Positions 27,251 through 41,375 of a stretch of 64,000 nt of DNA are shown piece after piece. The stretch lies in assembly GCF_009914755.1 (NCBI RefSeq), contig NC_060926.1. The stretch is one strand, 5' to 3'. The notes under the pieces were generated by a model. That model was not told the origin of the DNA and did not search any database. It saw only the letters and a list, made by a program, of their open reading frames with translations. Numbering within the stretch: position 1 is the stretch's first letter; every line of letters starts with the position of its first letter. This stretch comes from the human T2T-CHM13v2.0 reference genome, Homo sapiens. Made by a program: the position numbers and the translations under genes.

Positions 27251-27963
27251 AGTAACCACCCCACAAGTTCTTCTTGCCCACTGCACAGATAGAGCTGATT
27301 TATCAAGACAGGGGAATTGCAATAGAGAACGAGTTTAATACACATAGAGCCAGCTAAATGGGAGACCAGAGTTGTATTATTACCCAAATCAGCCTCCCCG
27401 AAAATCTGGAGGCTGAATTTTTTAAAGATCGTTTGGCAGGCAAGGCCTAGGGAAAGGGGAAGACTGATTGTTGGGTCAGAGATGGAATCACAGGGGTTAA
27501 AGCTGTCCTCTTGCACTGAGTCCATTCCTGGGTGGGGTCCACAAGGCCAGGTGAGTTTACTGGTCTGGGTGCTGCCAGCTGGTCCACTGGAATGCAGGAT
27601 CTGAAAAATACCTTCCACACCAATCTCAGCTTTCACAATGGTAACGTTATCTACAGGAGCAACTAGGGAGGTTAGGAATCTTGTGGGTTGTGGCTGTGTA
27701 ACTCCTGAGCCATAATTTCTAATCTTGTGGCTAATTTGTTAGTTTTACAAAGGCAATCTGGTGACCTTGCCTGGTCACCAGACCTTGTTTTGGGGAGGGG
27801 CTGTTATCATCTTTGTTTCAAAGTTGAACTATAAACTAAATTCCTCCCAAAGTTACTTTGGCCTATGCCCAGGAATGAACAAGGGCCGCTTGGAGGTTAG
27901 AAGCAAGATGGAGTCGGTTAGGTCAGATTTCTCTCAGTCACAATTTTTGCAAAGGCAGCTTCC
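27251..27963 (-). mobile_element. LTR8-family (ERV1) solo LTR
   Basis: Reverse complement starts ..agctgcctttgcaaaaattgtgactgag...ccgactccatcttgcttctaacctccaagc, as in LTR8/8A/8B; about 710 bp. Confidence 0.8.
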
Positions 27964-27969
27964 GTCTCA

Positions 27970-28425
27970 TCCACCCCTGGCTTCCAGGATGTCATGTGGC
28001 CAGGTCTGGCCGGTCGTGACTCCTTAAACCCTCTCCAGTGAGTAGGCACAGGCGTCAGCAGAACCAACAGGTATCCTGCATGAAAACTGACATATGCACA
28101 CGACCGGGAACGGGTAGCCTCCCACCCTGCAGGGTTCTCAAGCTAGAAAGACCTCATAAACCGGCAGCTGCCAACGGCCATTCTTGCTGCCATGGCTGGA
28201 GAATCAAATCACTGCTGAGAACAGAGCCAAAGGACAGGGGTAGACACAGAGCCCTGAGGATGGTACTTCAGTGCCTGGATTCGGCTATGTCTGAAATCTG
28301 GCAACCTAGACTTTTCCATCATGAGTCAATTATGCTTCAGGGGAGGAACATTTGTTTGTTTTGTTTTGCTTGAGGTAGTCTGAATGTATTTCGATCAGTT
28401 GTAATTAAGAGAGTCTAGACTAATA
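27970..28425 (+). mobile_element. Old MLT1 (J/K-like) LTR fragment
   Basis: ggccattcttgctgccatgg...cctggattcggctatgtctgaa...agagagtctagactaata. Confidence 0.55.
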
Positions 28426-28934
28426 AAGCCAAGATCCACTTATTCATTCAGTATTCTCTTTTGTCTTTCTTGCCTTCTTCATTTTCTTTTCTTCCTGCCT
28501 CCTGCATTCTCACCTTCATCAACATTCTCTTTCCTTCCCAAAAGTACCCAGGCCAGGCCTGCCACTGCAGACCATGCCTACGATTACCTAATTTTTTCCC
28601 AAAGGGATCATTTAGAACATCTGGCTTCAGACCTGGGATTCTGAATTCACCTTATTACAATGTGGAAACTAGCCTGTTTATTTCCTCTGGGTGAATAAAA
28701 TCTCTACTGCCTCACTTTATCAGAGACAACATCAGCCACTGACAGTACATGCTCAAGGGTCTCAAGGTTGTAGCGGCACAATGACTGTAAGGATGTAGGT
28801 TTTCCTCAACCAGTATACACCTAGGCTAATGGTAAGGACTTGTTTATTCACTGAAAACATGCTGGGCAGAGGTATCTGATTCAGTATGAGTGTAAATAGA
28901 AACAACGTATATATCCCAAGCTTCTTCTGTAATT

Positions 28935-28980
28935 TTGTTTCTTTCTTTCCTCTCTTTCCTCCTTCCTTCCTTCATTTCTG

Positions 28981-29030
<50 letters not shown>

Positions 29031-29320
29031 TTCTTTCTTTCCACAAAGTCTCGCGCCTTCCACCCAGGCTGGAGTGCAGTGGAGTGATCTAGGCTCACTG
29101 CAACCTCTGCCTCCCAGGCTCAAGCAATTCTCAGCCTCCTAAGTAGCTGGAGCTACAGGCGTGCACTGCCGCACCTGGCTAACATTTTTTTTGTGTTTTT
29201 GGTAAAGACGGGATTTTGCCATGTTGGCCAGGCTGGTCTCGAACTCTTGGCCTTAAGTGATCCACCCTCCTCTGCCTCCCAAGGTGCTGGGATTACAGGC
29301 ATGAGCCACTGCGGCCGGCC
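28935..29320 (-). mobile_element. Alu, antisense, with (TC)n/(TTCC)n pyrimidine tail
   Basis: Alu body 29045-29320; about 100-bp pyrimidine-rich tail. Confidence 0.93.
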
Positions 29321-29642
29321 TCTTATAGTTTTTTGTATCTTCAAGATTTTTCAGTAGATTAAATATACAGTTGCTTGCTTCACTAGATGCAGTGTAAAGA
29401 TACACAGATACATAGATTATTGGGGAAGTAGAAATAAATACTAAATGCTTACAATGAAAGTTTGAAGAGCCAGATTAGCAAGTCTTCTTATTTAATGATA
29501 TCTAGCAAAAGTGGACATGCTTAGAGATCTGTGAAAATTCTTTCCTCTTTAGATATGTAATAGACTTTCTAAAGAAATAGCAAAGTTGTTTAAGCACAAC
29601 ATTTCAGACCACACAGTCTTGGAATTTAAATATTCATCATCA

Positions 29643-29960
29643 GGCTGGGTGCAGTGGTTCACACCTGTAATCCCAGTACTTTGGGAGGCCAGGGTGGGAG
29701 GATCACTTGAGGCCCAGGAGATTGAGACACCTGGGCACCGTGGTGAAATCTCATCTCTACAAAAAATACAAAAATTAGTTGGGCATGGTAGCACATGCCT
29801 GTAATCCCAGCTACTCGGGAGGCTGAGGTGGGAGATCACCTGAGCCTGGGAAGTAGAGGCTGCAGTGAGCCCTGATCATGCCACCACACTCCAGCCTGGG
29901 CAACGGGCTAGAGACTCTGTCTCCAAAAATTTTTTTAATCAAAAATAAAAATAATAAAAA
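29643..29960 (+). mobile_element. Alu (AluJ-like)
   Basis: gggaggatcacttgaggccc, tgagcctgggaag; TSD attcatcatca on both sides. Confidence 0.95.
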
Positions 29961-30049
29961 TTCATCATCAAAGTAGTCATGGAGATAATGAAAGATGGTA
30001 AACATCTGAGAGAAGGGAGTGGACACACCATTCCATGGGAACTCACCAC

Positions 30050-30460
30050 GGTGGATCTCTGGAGAGGACAGTGAGCACAAGGTCAGCTGGGAGGCAAGAC
30101 TTGGACAAACAACTTTTCATGTCACCAATTGGGGGACAATGACTAAGACTGTGCAGCTGAAGGAAATGTGAGACGAGGAGGAGGCAGAGGGATTTGTGAT
30201 TCCACATCAAAGTCAGGACAAGGAAAGTTTGTGAATGACCTGGAACACCAAGCAAAGAAGTATGGACTTTATTCCTTTTGGAGAAGTGGGTGGGAGGTGT
30301 CACTGGAGATTTTGGGTCCTGGTCTGATGCATGAAAAATGATGTTTCAGGGAGATAAACCTGGCTGCAGTGTGCACTAGATGACAGGTGGACAAGAAATC
30401 ACGGGGGACTCATCAGAACTCATCAGAATGGCACAATGGAGTCACCAGGAGCAGCTGTGG
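30050..30460 (-). mobile_element. L2 fragment, antisense
   Basis: tatggactttattcct...cactggagatttt...ctggctgcagtgtg. Confidence 0.55.
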
Positions 30461-32064
30461 CAAGGCCTCTTGAGGCAGGGACCCTCGGGCTCTGTGGACA
30501 TGACTTGGTTTGTGAAAGAGACAGGAATCCTTCCGGGGAAGACTTTGTGTTCATGCCCCTGGAGATGGAAAAGGGAACCCAAGAGGGGACAAGGTCTGAC
30601 TTCCCCAGGCCAACCCCAAGAATCAAGGATCTGGAGCCGCAGACAGAACCCAGAAGGGCTGTGGGGGCCTTTGTGAGGATCTGGGCTGGCTTCAGCTGTC
30701 AGCTACATTGCCGGAAAAGCAGTGAAACATGCTTAGGGAAGAGTGTCCTCCTCCCGCTGCACTGCACCAGAAGAAATACTAGGTCACATGCAGGCTGACA
30801 TTTGTACAATGGGGTTAGGCTTTCAGAAAAAGAACACAAAATTTAATATTTTAGATATAAAAATAAATTCTTGTTTTGAATAAGAGGAGAAATTACAATA
30901 AATTATAATTGTTAAATAAATAACCAAGAAATAACACAAACGTCACATAACCGAGAATAACAATATTTTAATTAACCAGCTGACACACTTGTATAATGAT
31001 CTTCTTTTTTCCACATATTTTTAGCTGTATACTCTCACTGCCTTTTAATGTCAACAACTTTATAATATTATTTTCTATAAAAAGCAAGAAACATATTTTT
31101 AGCCTTAGTTCTAGCATGGTTGAAGGAAATTAGTTTTTTAATATTGATCGTTTATGAAAGTTTCTTTCTACTTCACAAAACTTTATTGGTAATATCATGT
31201 AAATTTTTTAAGTGTTATTAGGTTTGGGGGAATCTCTATAAAATGTATTTCATACATGAGTTGTAAGAAAGAATTGGGGGCATTTCAGTGTTTCTAGTCT
31301 ATTAACTTATGCTAAATACCTTTTGAATTGATGACACTTTTTAACCAGCTTATCACCAACGTCTTCATTATAATAATACACTGTGAGTTGATGTTATCTT
31401 CATCGGTGTTGGTATTTTGTATCAAATCAGAAAGAAATAAGTTCCCATACAGATATGTCTGGGCAAGGCCATTTCAAGCCAAGGGAAGAGCATAAGGAAC
31501 ATGCTCTTTGCTGAGACAGAGTTCGGCAAAAGCAAGGAATTCAGTTTGACAGAATACAGTTTAAGTAAAGTAACAGTGGATGAGCGAACAAGAAACTGCT
31601 GGGATCAAGTAAGGAGGTAGGAAGCTGTGCTAAATACTGGCACATGGCTAACAAAGACCATTATCCTTTTAGTTAAGAAATCAAAGGCCTATTTCTAGAC
31701 CTAAACACATGAAAGCCACTGCTAAGGTCATTATCGCTGAAATCAGACTGACCAGATTTCCAGCCCTAACTGCCACCAATGAGCTTGTGAACCTTGCTAA
31801 GAATCATTTGGCTCTACATGAAAGTGACTGCACACTGCATATATATACATATCACTAAACACAAACTAAACGAATCCACAACCCAGCTTCTCTTTTTTTC
31901 TCTTTAGAGGATCCCTAACATTCCCACACTCTCCAACACCCGCCTGATGTGAGGTGAGTGTGGACATAGGAGGCATCTACATGGAAAGAGTCAATGGTAT
32001 TAACTGTTCCCATTGCCACATCTTAGTTTAGCAAATTTTCTTTTTAAAAAAATTTCCCCTTTAT

Positions 32065-32671
<607 letters not shown>

Positions 32672-33566
32672 TAGTTTAGCAAATTTTCAAATTTGTATGA
32701 CCATGTGAACGCAAAGCTAGGGCCCCTCCGGGATCTTAGGAGGGGATCCAGGCAAGCAAAGCTCAGTTTCAATAGCATCACTATGAAGCCACCTCTGGTC
32801 CCACAGCTTTACCTGCCAAACATGAAAGAAGGTCTACAGCTGAGAGCCATGAGGTAGGGGGAACAGATTCACACAAAAAATATTTGATTCACTCACTGGA
32901 GACCACCTGAATCCTGGAAGGGGCCTGTGCCTGGGCTGTAGTTCTGGGTAATGCAGGTGTAGGCAACAAGACAGTCACAGGTTAAGTTACCACCGTGGAT
33001 GTGAAACTCGTAGAAATTCAAGACAAGATCACAGTAATCCCAGTGATGACAAATGAGAGTCTGGTGCATCATTTTCACAAAGAAGTATCTGAAAGACATA
33101 GTGCAAAAACACAGTGCAAAGAAAAATATTGACAAGACCTTATGACTGGGTGGAGAGCAAGAAGAGAGGAATGTTTCCTACCTGGGAACTTGGAGAGGAT
33201 GATGGCTTCACTACCAACAGCTTGACGCTCCTAGCATTAACAGCTCAGGTTTCTCCCTGCATGCTCAGTATCACCATTGCCAGTAATTTAGGAGAGAAGT
33301 GGGGAGTGGAGTTATTTCTGCCCAAAGCCCACAAGGTCAGGAGAGTTCCATGGTACTGGCTGAAATAAGAAAACTCAGAAGAAGCCATGTGTGAAAACGG
33401 AGGTAGCTGCTGCAGAGACGGAAGCAAGAGAGCTCTGGGTGGAGTCAGCAGAGAGCTCACCAGGAAACCAGGACTGATGCCTGAACAGCCAGGAATGTGA
33501 CGCAAGCCACTCACGAAGGCCTCAGATAAAGTGGAGCTCCCCAAGTACTGTTCCCTGTACAGTATC

Positions 33567-33950
33567 TGTCAGAGTTTATTCAGTTCCAAGTAGCAGAAAC
33601 CAACAGTGCTCAACTTGGCTTGAAGAATTGATGTAATTCTTGCTCTAAGAAAAATGCAGTTCAGGTTTCCGTTCTGCTTCTCAGCCATCTCCTTCTCCTC
33701 TTCTCCATATTCTGGCTTCATCCTCAGGCCAGCTTCCCTCAGGATAGAAGATGGCTGCCCTTGGGATAGAAGATGGCTGCCCTTGGGATAGAAGATGGCT
33801 GCCCTCACAAGATAAAATGGTTACCCTCATGAATCAGCTGCCAGCGACAACCAAGGCCCCAACTTCTCCGTTCACATCCAAAGGATATGCTCCCCCAACA
33901 CAAACACACACACTCACAACCGTCCAGGAATTGGAAGATCCAGACTAACA
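33567..33950 (-). mobile_element. Old MLT1 (K/L-like) LTR fragment
   Basis: ttcagttccaagtagcagaaaccaac...aacttggcttgaag...tggcttcatcctcaggc...aagatggctgcc. Confidence 0.6.
33742..33805 (+). repeat. 22-bp tandem repeat x2.9 (ggatagaagatggctgcccttg)
   Basis: Perfect units starting at 33742, 33764 and 33786. Confidence 0.95.
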
Positions 33951-34049
33951 CATTAAAAATTATTTTCTTTATATTTAGACATTATAATTATCTGTGCAAT
34001 ATTAATACATTGTTTTTGAAAGTCAAGACTAAAAAAATAATACAACAAT

Positions 34050-34265
34050 GATAATAGCTAACAATTATTGAACATGTATCCTATATACTAGCTGTTGGTG
34101 ATTTCCTGCATTAATCCCTTCATCCCTAAGGGGTAGATGATACTGTTAACCCCACTTTACAAATGAGAAAACTGAGAGAGAAGTTAAGGAATGTGCCCAG
34201 GGTCCCACACAGGTAAGTAGAGAAGCCAGGACTTGAACCCAAGGAGGCACCCACATGACCTCCAC
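34050..34265 (-). mobile_element. MIR SINE
   Basis: ccccactttacaaatgagaaaactgag...gttaagg...cccagggtcccacaca...ggacttgaaccca. Confidence 0.8.
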
Positions 34266-35828
34266 ACAAAACCTCTGTTTCCTTGCTCTGACTTGCATGT
34301 GTTCCTTCCAGCCTTTTGTTGATTTGCAGGGTTGGTTCCCAGCCAGCTATTCTCAAGTAGGCTATTCTCTCTTATTCTGAATCCACTGTGCCCTATTTAT
34401 ATCCATAGAACTTTCATATGTTTTCGTTACATATTACCTTTTTGGCCATTTATTTAGAATTTTTCATGATTTCTCATTGCATATTCATTTGCTCTGTTAC
34501 TCCCTAGCATGCCCCATTCTCAAAGACCTTCTCTGATGGTCCAGAATCCATTCCTCCCTGGCACATGGTAGGTAGGTGCTCGATGACACGGTTCTGAGTG
34601 TTATTAGTTGCCATCGTACTGGGTGTAAGATGCTATATCCTCCTTTCATTCATGTACCATAATTGTCTCCCATGTTGCTCCCCAGTCTTCATAATGATCT
34701 GCTTTAATGACCGCACAACAGTCCATGACTATTAAATACTGACATTTAATTAACCATTTCAATATGGATAGAAATCCAGAGCTTCTATTTTTTTGTCATT
34801 GTAAGTGACATGAGGAGCATTTCCATGTATATAGCTTTTCCCCTGACAATCAAATTTAAAATTACCTGTGAGCATAGAGATAAAGATAGCAGCCCAGTGT
34901 GGCGCTCAGCTGCAGCCCCTGTCAGCCTCCCTCTGCAGTCAGCTTGCCCTGCTGTACACACTCCTCCCCGGTTGTCCCTCACATTTCCCGGATGCAAGGC
35001 TATTAGTGGCCCATCATGAGGCAGCCAACTTCATACTCAATGCCAGGCCTCCTCGACCCAAACATGTGGTGCCTGGTTTTACACAGGGCATTGTTTATGG
35101 CTACTGTTTCCTGTTAGATCCTGGCCTCTGCCAGGTATCTCCATACACCACCCTCTTTCCTCTTGTTCTCCCTTTGCTTCCACCCCCAGCCAGCCTCTAA
35201 CATCTTAAATTCCCAGTAGCACAGTTGAGTCTCAACTCCACACACATATGCACACACCTCAGTCTGCGCTACAGGCCCATCTTTACATTTTCCAAAACAG
35301 TTTAATGAGTGTTTTGGAAACATTTCATCAAAGGGCTTTAGCTGTAGCCAATTGTGAAATCAGATTTCTTGATTATGAGCAAAGTAGAGGGTATGTTCTC
35401 TCTTTCCCTGACAGGCACAAATCCCAGGGCTTCCCTATCTATTTGGCGTCCAAGGTTATCTGAGGTCACGAGCCACAGAGTGAGTCCTGGGAAGGAAGGG
35501 CAGTTGCAGTGTATGTAGTGAGCCCTGGAGCCACAGGACTGGCAGTAAGTGCTACAAACTGGTGTGGCCTCAGAGAGGGACCTTGGAGAGGGGCACCAGC
35601 AAGTGTGTGCTCAGAGGGCCATGAGACACATAAATCCTCAGAGAAACATCTCCGTAACTGCTCCTCGCACACTGCTTTTACAGGATGTCATTTGCAAGCA
35701 CTTCAGCAGGCTATAACTCACTGGAGAGCATCTTGCGACCTTTCTCCTCCTCACAATGGAAATTTTTTATTACAGAAGTTATAGTGAATATATACACAAG
35801 AAAACCCCAGAGGGAGAGGGAAGGGGTA

Positions 35829-36126
<298 letters not shown>

Positions 36127-36176
36127 TGGGAAGGGATATTTATAAGGCAAGAGCACCTCTCCTCTTCTTCCTACTA

Positions 36177-36404
<228 letters not shown>

Positions 36405-36716
36405 TCAATATGTATTGAATATTCACAAGATGCTGCCTCTGTCCTATTTCCCCGAGCTGGTGACAGTGCCTGGTTGGTGCATAATCAATTATTGAACGAG
36501 CGAGTGAAAGAATTCTCAGACCATGAGGTAAGTTACTAGTGCCCTCTGCATTTTACAGATGAGGGAAGTGGGACTCACAGAAATTAAGTAACAGGCACAA
36601 GATTCAACAGCTGGTAAACAGAGAGGCCAGGACACAGTGCAATTTTTATGACTCCAGGGCCCAACCCCTAACACCCCTCCATCCTACCATGATCCTTGTT
36701 GTTGACATTTTCAGTA

Positions 36717-37002
36717 CAGTAAACACAGGACCCGAATCCAAGGATTCAACCCATTGTGGTCCAAAAATAGTCAGGGGAAAAATAATAATAATAATAATAT
36801 GAATTTTAAAAACAATACAACAACCATTTACATGTATTAGGTATAATAAGTAATCTAGAGATGATTGAAGGTTTATGGGAGGATGAGGATAGATTATATG
36901 CAAACACTGTGCCATTTTATAGAAGGGACTTGAGCATCGATGAATGTTGGTATCCATAGGGATTCTGGAACCAATGCCTCCTCGGATACACAGAGCTGAC
37001 AG
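36717..37002. mobile_element. MER2 (TcMar-Tigger)
   Basis: gtattaggtataataagtaatctagagatgatt...tatatgcaaacact...gggacttgagcatc...ctggaaccaat. Confidence 0.85.
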
Positions 37003-39229
37003 TCTCCTCAGCATCAGCAGAGGGACTACTGCATATCTCATATTGTAGCAGTTATACTGATTTTTACACAAAAAAGGGGTTTATCTTTGTATTGCAATGG
37101 TGAATCAATAATACACATTGTATAATTTCCCACATATTCCACCGAGGAGCTTATATTCCAGCCAATTCTAAACTAAATAATTACACTTAAACCCTTAAAA
37201 TGTATCCCCCAAAAGTGCTATTCTTTGATTAACACACACATGCTCACTCAATATTAATGGCAGAAGAGAAGAATTGAGAATTCTGCCAATAAACAATGCA
37301 CACACAGAAAGAGCTAAATAAAGCACCTTAAAACCGTTTTCTAGTATTTGACTTTACTCTTGTGTCTGAGAATTCATTATGATAACAAGTGCAAGTGGAT
37401 TCTGACTCTAGGGGCTATTTGGTGAGCTGCTTTAATTCATTTTAGAATCCTGTTTCTAAAAATGACCTTCAGAAGACGGTTTCCCGGAGATGACCAAGGG
37501 AAGGATCATTTTACAACCTTTCTGGAACATATTTTATGTTCACCACCCCTAACCTGGATGACTGTTTTAAAACAAACAGCCTGGTTGGCTGTCAAATTCC
37601 CTTTCCCACTTAGCACCTACAGGAAGAGAACCCCACTACAATACTGAAACCAGGCAGGTCCAGGACTTCGAGTGGTGGAGAAGATATTTGTAAGAAAGGG
37701 AAACAAAGCTTGTTTCTAATAAACTGATTGGGTCAAGACACCTGGGAATTGATCATTGGCCTAACGTTTTCCTGAAGCACACCCCAGACGTGCACACTGG
37801 GACCACTCGCACAACGCAGCGTTTCTTCTTATAACAAAACCAAAACTCTGCCACTGTCCTTGTTTGATAGAATCCAAGCTAACACATCAGGCATTTGAAG
37901 AAACTGAGGTTGTGTCTTCTTCAGGAAGGGGTCGTGGGGTGGATGACATGATGGTGAGTGTGACATTTGCACAGATGCCAGCTCCCCGCTGCATCCTGAC
38001 CAGCTCCTCAGATAGGGCAGGATTCCAAGGGAGAAATGAGACCAGCAGGGTAAGCAAATCCTTCTCTGGGGTTATCGGGCTCCACCAGGTGGGGTCTCAG
38101 GAAGTCTCTAGCATATATGTAAGAGTTATTTACCCTATCAACAATGTGTATAAAAACAAACAAGCACACTTTTCAGAAGAGCTTTTCCTGCACTAAACAC
38201 CAGCTGATTTGTGGAGCATGATTGGTAGTTGAGCTACTTAATTGGATTCCTCAGAACAGGGTCAGTAAAAATAGATGCAAATCCATAGGGTGACATAGTC
38301 ACATAAGATTGTGGAAATTGTAACATGACTGGCTCTAGGACACGCACAAATTTTCATATGCAGAGTCCTGAGAAGAGTCATGGTGAAGAAACCCACTTAA
38401 GCAATTCCAAAGTTAAATGACAAGGAAGACTGCACTAATGTCCTAAGGCATCGGGTCCTGCAGAACTTGTTTGTTAGCAAAACCACCCCAGATGGAAGAC
38501 TTGGGTGGCAATTCCAAAGGGCCTTTTCCTGCATTCCTGACTGACCTTAATTGACAGTGACGTTGACATCGCAGGCTTTTCTGGCCATCCAAGTAGTGAA
38601 TGAACTTGCAGCAAACCTTGGAAAACCTTATGCAATCCTGTGTCAAGAATCTCGTGACAAAGTAAAGAATCCTTTGGGAATGGGCATGTCCACCTCTTAA
38701 ATTACATACTTGCTGTAAAACAAACTGGCAGAGCTACTGTCTGGTGACCACAAAGGTAATTTGCCTACAACTCAGAATGAAGATTTGTCCCAGAATGAGT
38801 TCTTTTTACCAATAGAGAATATTTGCATTCAGAGAATCTGGGCCAGAACTTCCTCATCTCTTTTGAAAGGTATGCTTCCCGAAGCCTCTGGGTTGGCCCT
38901 GGTGACTCTCTGCAGAAGAGGAGGGTGAGTTCTTCACTGCAGTTTAAGATGCACCCATCAGGGCCATGACCCGTTCATTATCGCACATGGCCCTTGGCCC
39001 AGGACCAAGGCAGAAAGAGGCACAGATTGCTCCCCTCTTCTCTGGGCCTCTTGACAACCCTGAGCTCTACACTGCTGGATATATACATAAATATATATAG
39101 TCCCATGTTCTTAAGTCTCACTTTGAAAACTACAACCCTCAAGTGACAACTGGGCAGAGCTCTGGAGAAGATGGGCAGTGACTGGGAGCCCTACTCAGGG
39201 ACACAGAACCATGAGTGGTGGGTCGCCTC

Positions 39230-39452
39230 TGTAGGTTAATATTGAGTGTCAACTTGATTGGATTGAAGGATGTCAGACTCCAGGTTCTTCAGCTTTGGGA
39301 TTCAGACTGGCTTCCTTGCTCCTCAGCTTGCAGACGGCCTATTGTGGGGCCTCACCTTGTGATCGTGTAAGTCAATACTCCTTAATAAACTCCCCTTCAT
39401 ATATACATCTATCCTATCAGTTCCATCCCTCTAGAGAACCCTGACTAATACA
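39230..39452 (+). mobile_element. MLT2A1 (HERVL) solo LTR with a large internal deletion
   Basis: ggttaatattgagtgtcaacttgattggattgaaggatg joined to tcagactcc...ctctagagaaccctgactaataca; 5-bp TSD GCCTC. Confidence 0.88.
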
Positions 39453-40354
39453 GCCTCTTTCTCACTTTTCCTCTTCCCCAGGAGGTCCTGGCCATGCAGT
39501 GCCGCGTGGAATCAGGACAGATGACTCATGCTCCAAGAATTCTTCACTTTGCTTAGAAGACCAGCCAAAGAAAGGAAACTCCCTTGCATCTGGCCTCCTT
39601 CTTGGGGGAGTGGGGACTGCGGTGCTCTCTCCCCGCCTGGGAGGGGAGGGAATGTTATTCTTTGCAGAGCTGCAGATGTATCTATTTCCTGGGGTTGCTG
39701 TTTATTCTGTTAGAGATTGAAAATACTGGGTGAAAATAAAGTTTAACCCAGAAATCTGACTGATAGGATTCTTGGAGGGAAAGGCATGCGAACCGAAAAT
39801 AGTCCTCAGTATTGAGTCCCAAGGACTTTTACTCCTTTTTTATTTCTTAAACAAAATTTCAATTGGTGGATAATAGTTTATGGACAAGACTTTATGGAAG
39901 AAGCATGTGTGATGGTCACAAGTACCTGCAAAGGTCAAAAAGCATGAGTCTTTTATATCCAGCACATAAAAATAGCATAGATGGTTCCAGAAAACTGGCC
40001 CTGGTGCCCTATCTGCCATCCCCAAACTAGAGCTTTGAGGTTCGTTCAAGGGAGGAGTCTCACAGATACACGAAAAGAAGGCTACATTGTGACAATGATA
40101 CAGGATATTAAAGTTAAAAAAAACAAAAAGATAGTTTAGCCCATTCACTTCATTCAATCCCAGACCTCTAGTTTGGAAACTCAAGACAAGAGAAATTGCC
40201 ACAGAAACTCTGTGCAGGGTGAAATGAGCTCCTTGCTTCCAATTTTCTTGCTTGTCAGTACCCATATCATACCCAGAACCAACGTAGCCACGAGGAACAC
40301 CACACATGCCTCTGCCTAGCAATGCATCCTGGAAGGCCAATAACCAAACAGGCA

Positions 40355-40500
40355 GAAATTTTCCAAACAAGATGTTAAGCTGTTGGTAGCTTGAAATAGA
40401 CCATGGTGAGAGTATTTACATGCCAAAAAAAAAAAAATGGCAAACGCTACAGTCATGGCTTTCTGACTTTTTGTTTTGTTTATTGAGACAGAATTTACCA
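40355..40500 (-). mobile_element. MER63-like hAT fragment
   Basis: ttggtagcttgaaatagaccatggtgagagtatttaca...ggcaaacgctaca. Confidence 0.55.
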
Positions 40501-41184
40501 GCCTACCGTTGCCCAGGCTGGAGTAGAATGAAGAATAAGGAAATGGATCTGGCCAAGGGCCCCAAGGGGCTGGACTTTGAGCCAAGTGACCACAGTTTAA
40601 AGGACATAAGCAACCCAGCCTTGATTCCATGGTGTCGCCACACCTGCAGATGTGTCCCCTTGGGTAGACAGCAACTATGACCATAGTACAGGTGACGTCA
40701 GGGGTGGGTACAGGAACCAAGGCATTCCCTACATGGAGTAAGCTTTGTTAAACAATCCAGTATGTTTTTTGCTGTGTTGTGGGGAATTAAGAGAAGCCTG
40801 GGATCATGCTTGGGTGAAGCAGGGCAGGGAAGATCCACCCAGCCTGGAGGAAGCCAACTTTGGTTCAGTAAATGGCATTCATCTGAGAGAGCAGGGGAGG
40901 AGTCAGCCACCAGCTGAGCAACAGGGAAAGAACAAGGACAGACTTGAGGATCAGGCACATCTGGAGGCAGGGTATTCTCAGAAATGGGGAGGAATTGGGG
41001 AGTTTCACAATGACAGAAACCTGGTAAAAGATGGGATTTTCTGAAGTCGTGCTGCATAGGGATATAGACTGTCAGTCTTTTGAGCACTGAAAGCTAATAT
41101 GGCCATCAATGACCAGAGAGCTCATAGATAGCCCGCTGACCAACCAAAAGCATTGGGAGGACCATTATGGTTATGGGGGGAGCT

Positions 41185-41375
41185 CACTCTGCACCAGGTA
41201 CTAGTCTGAGAGATTTACATGGAATATCTTTTATTTTTCATAGAAACAGCACAGAAGAAGTATTTGCTTACCCCATTTTATAGATGAGGAAACTGAGGCA
41301 CAGGGACTTTATTCAGCTACTAGGTAGAAGAGCTAAGATTGGAACTCAGCCAGTAGGACTCAAAACCAACATTCT
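41185..41375 (-). mobile_element. MIR SINE
   Basis: ccccattttatagatgaggaaactgaggcacag MIR core. Confidence 0.85.

Noticed and set aside
40693-40700. Perfect CRE palindrome TGACGTCA
   Set aside because: Isolated 8-mer with no promoter context; one per window is within chance.
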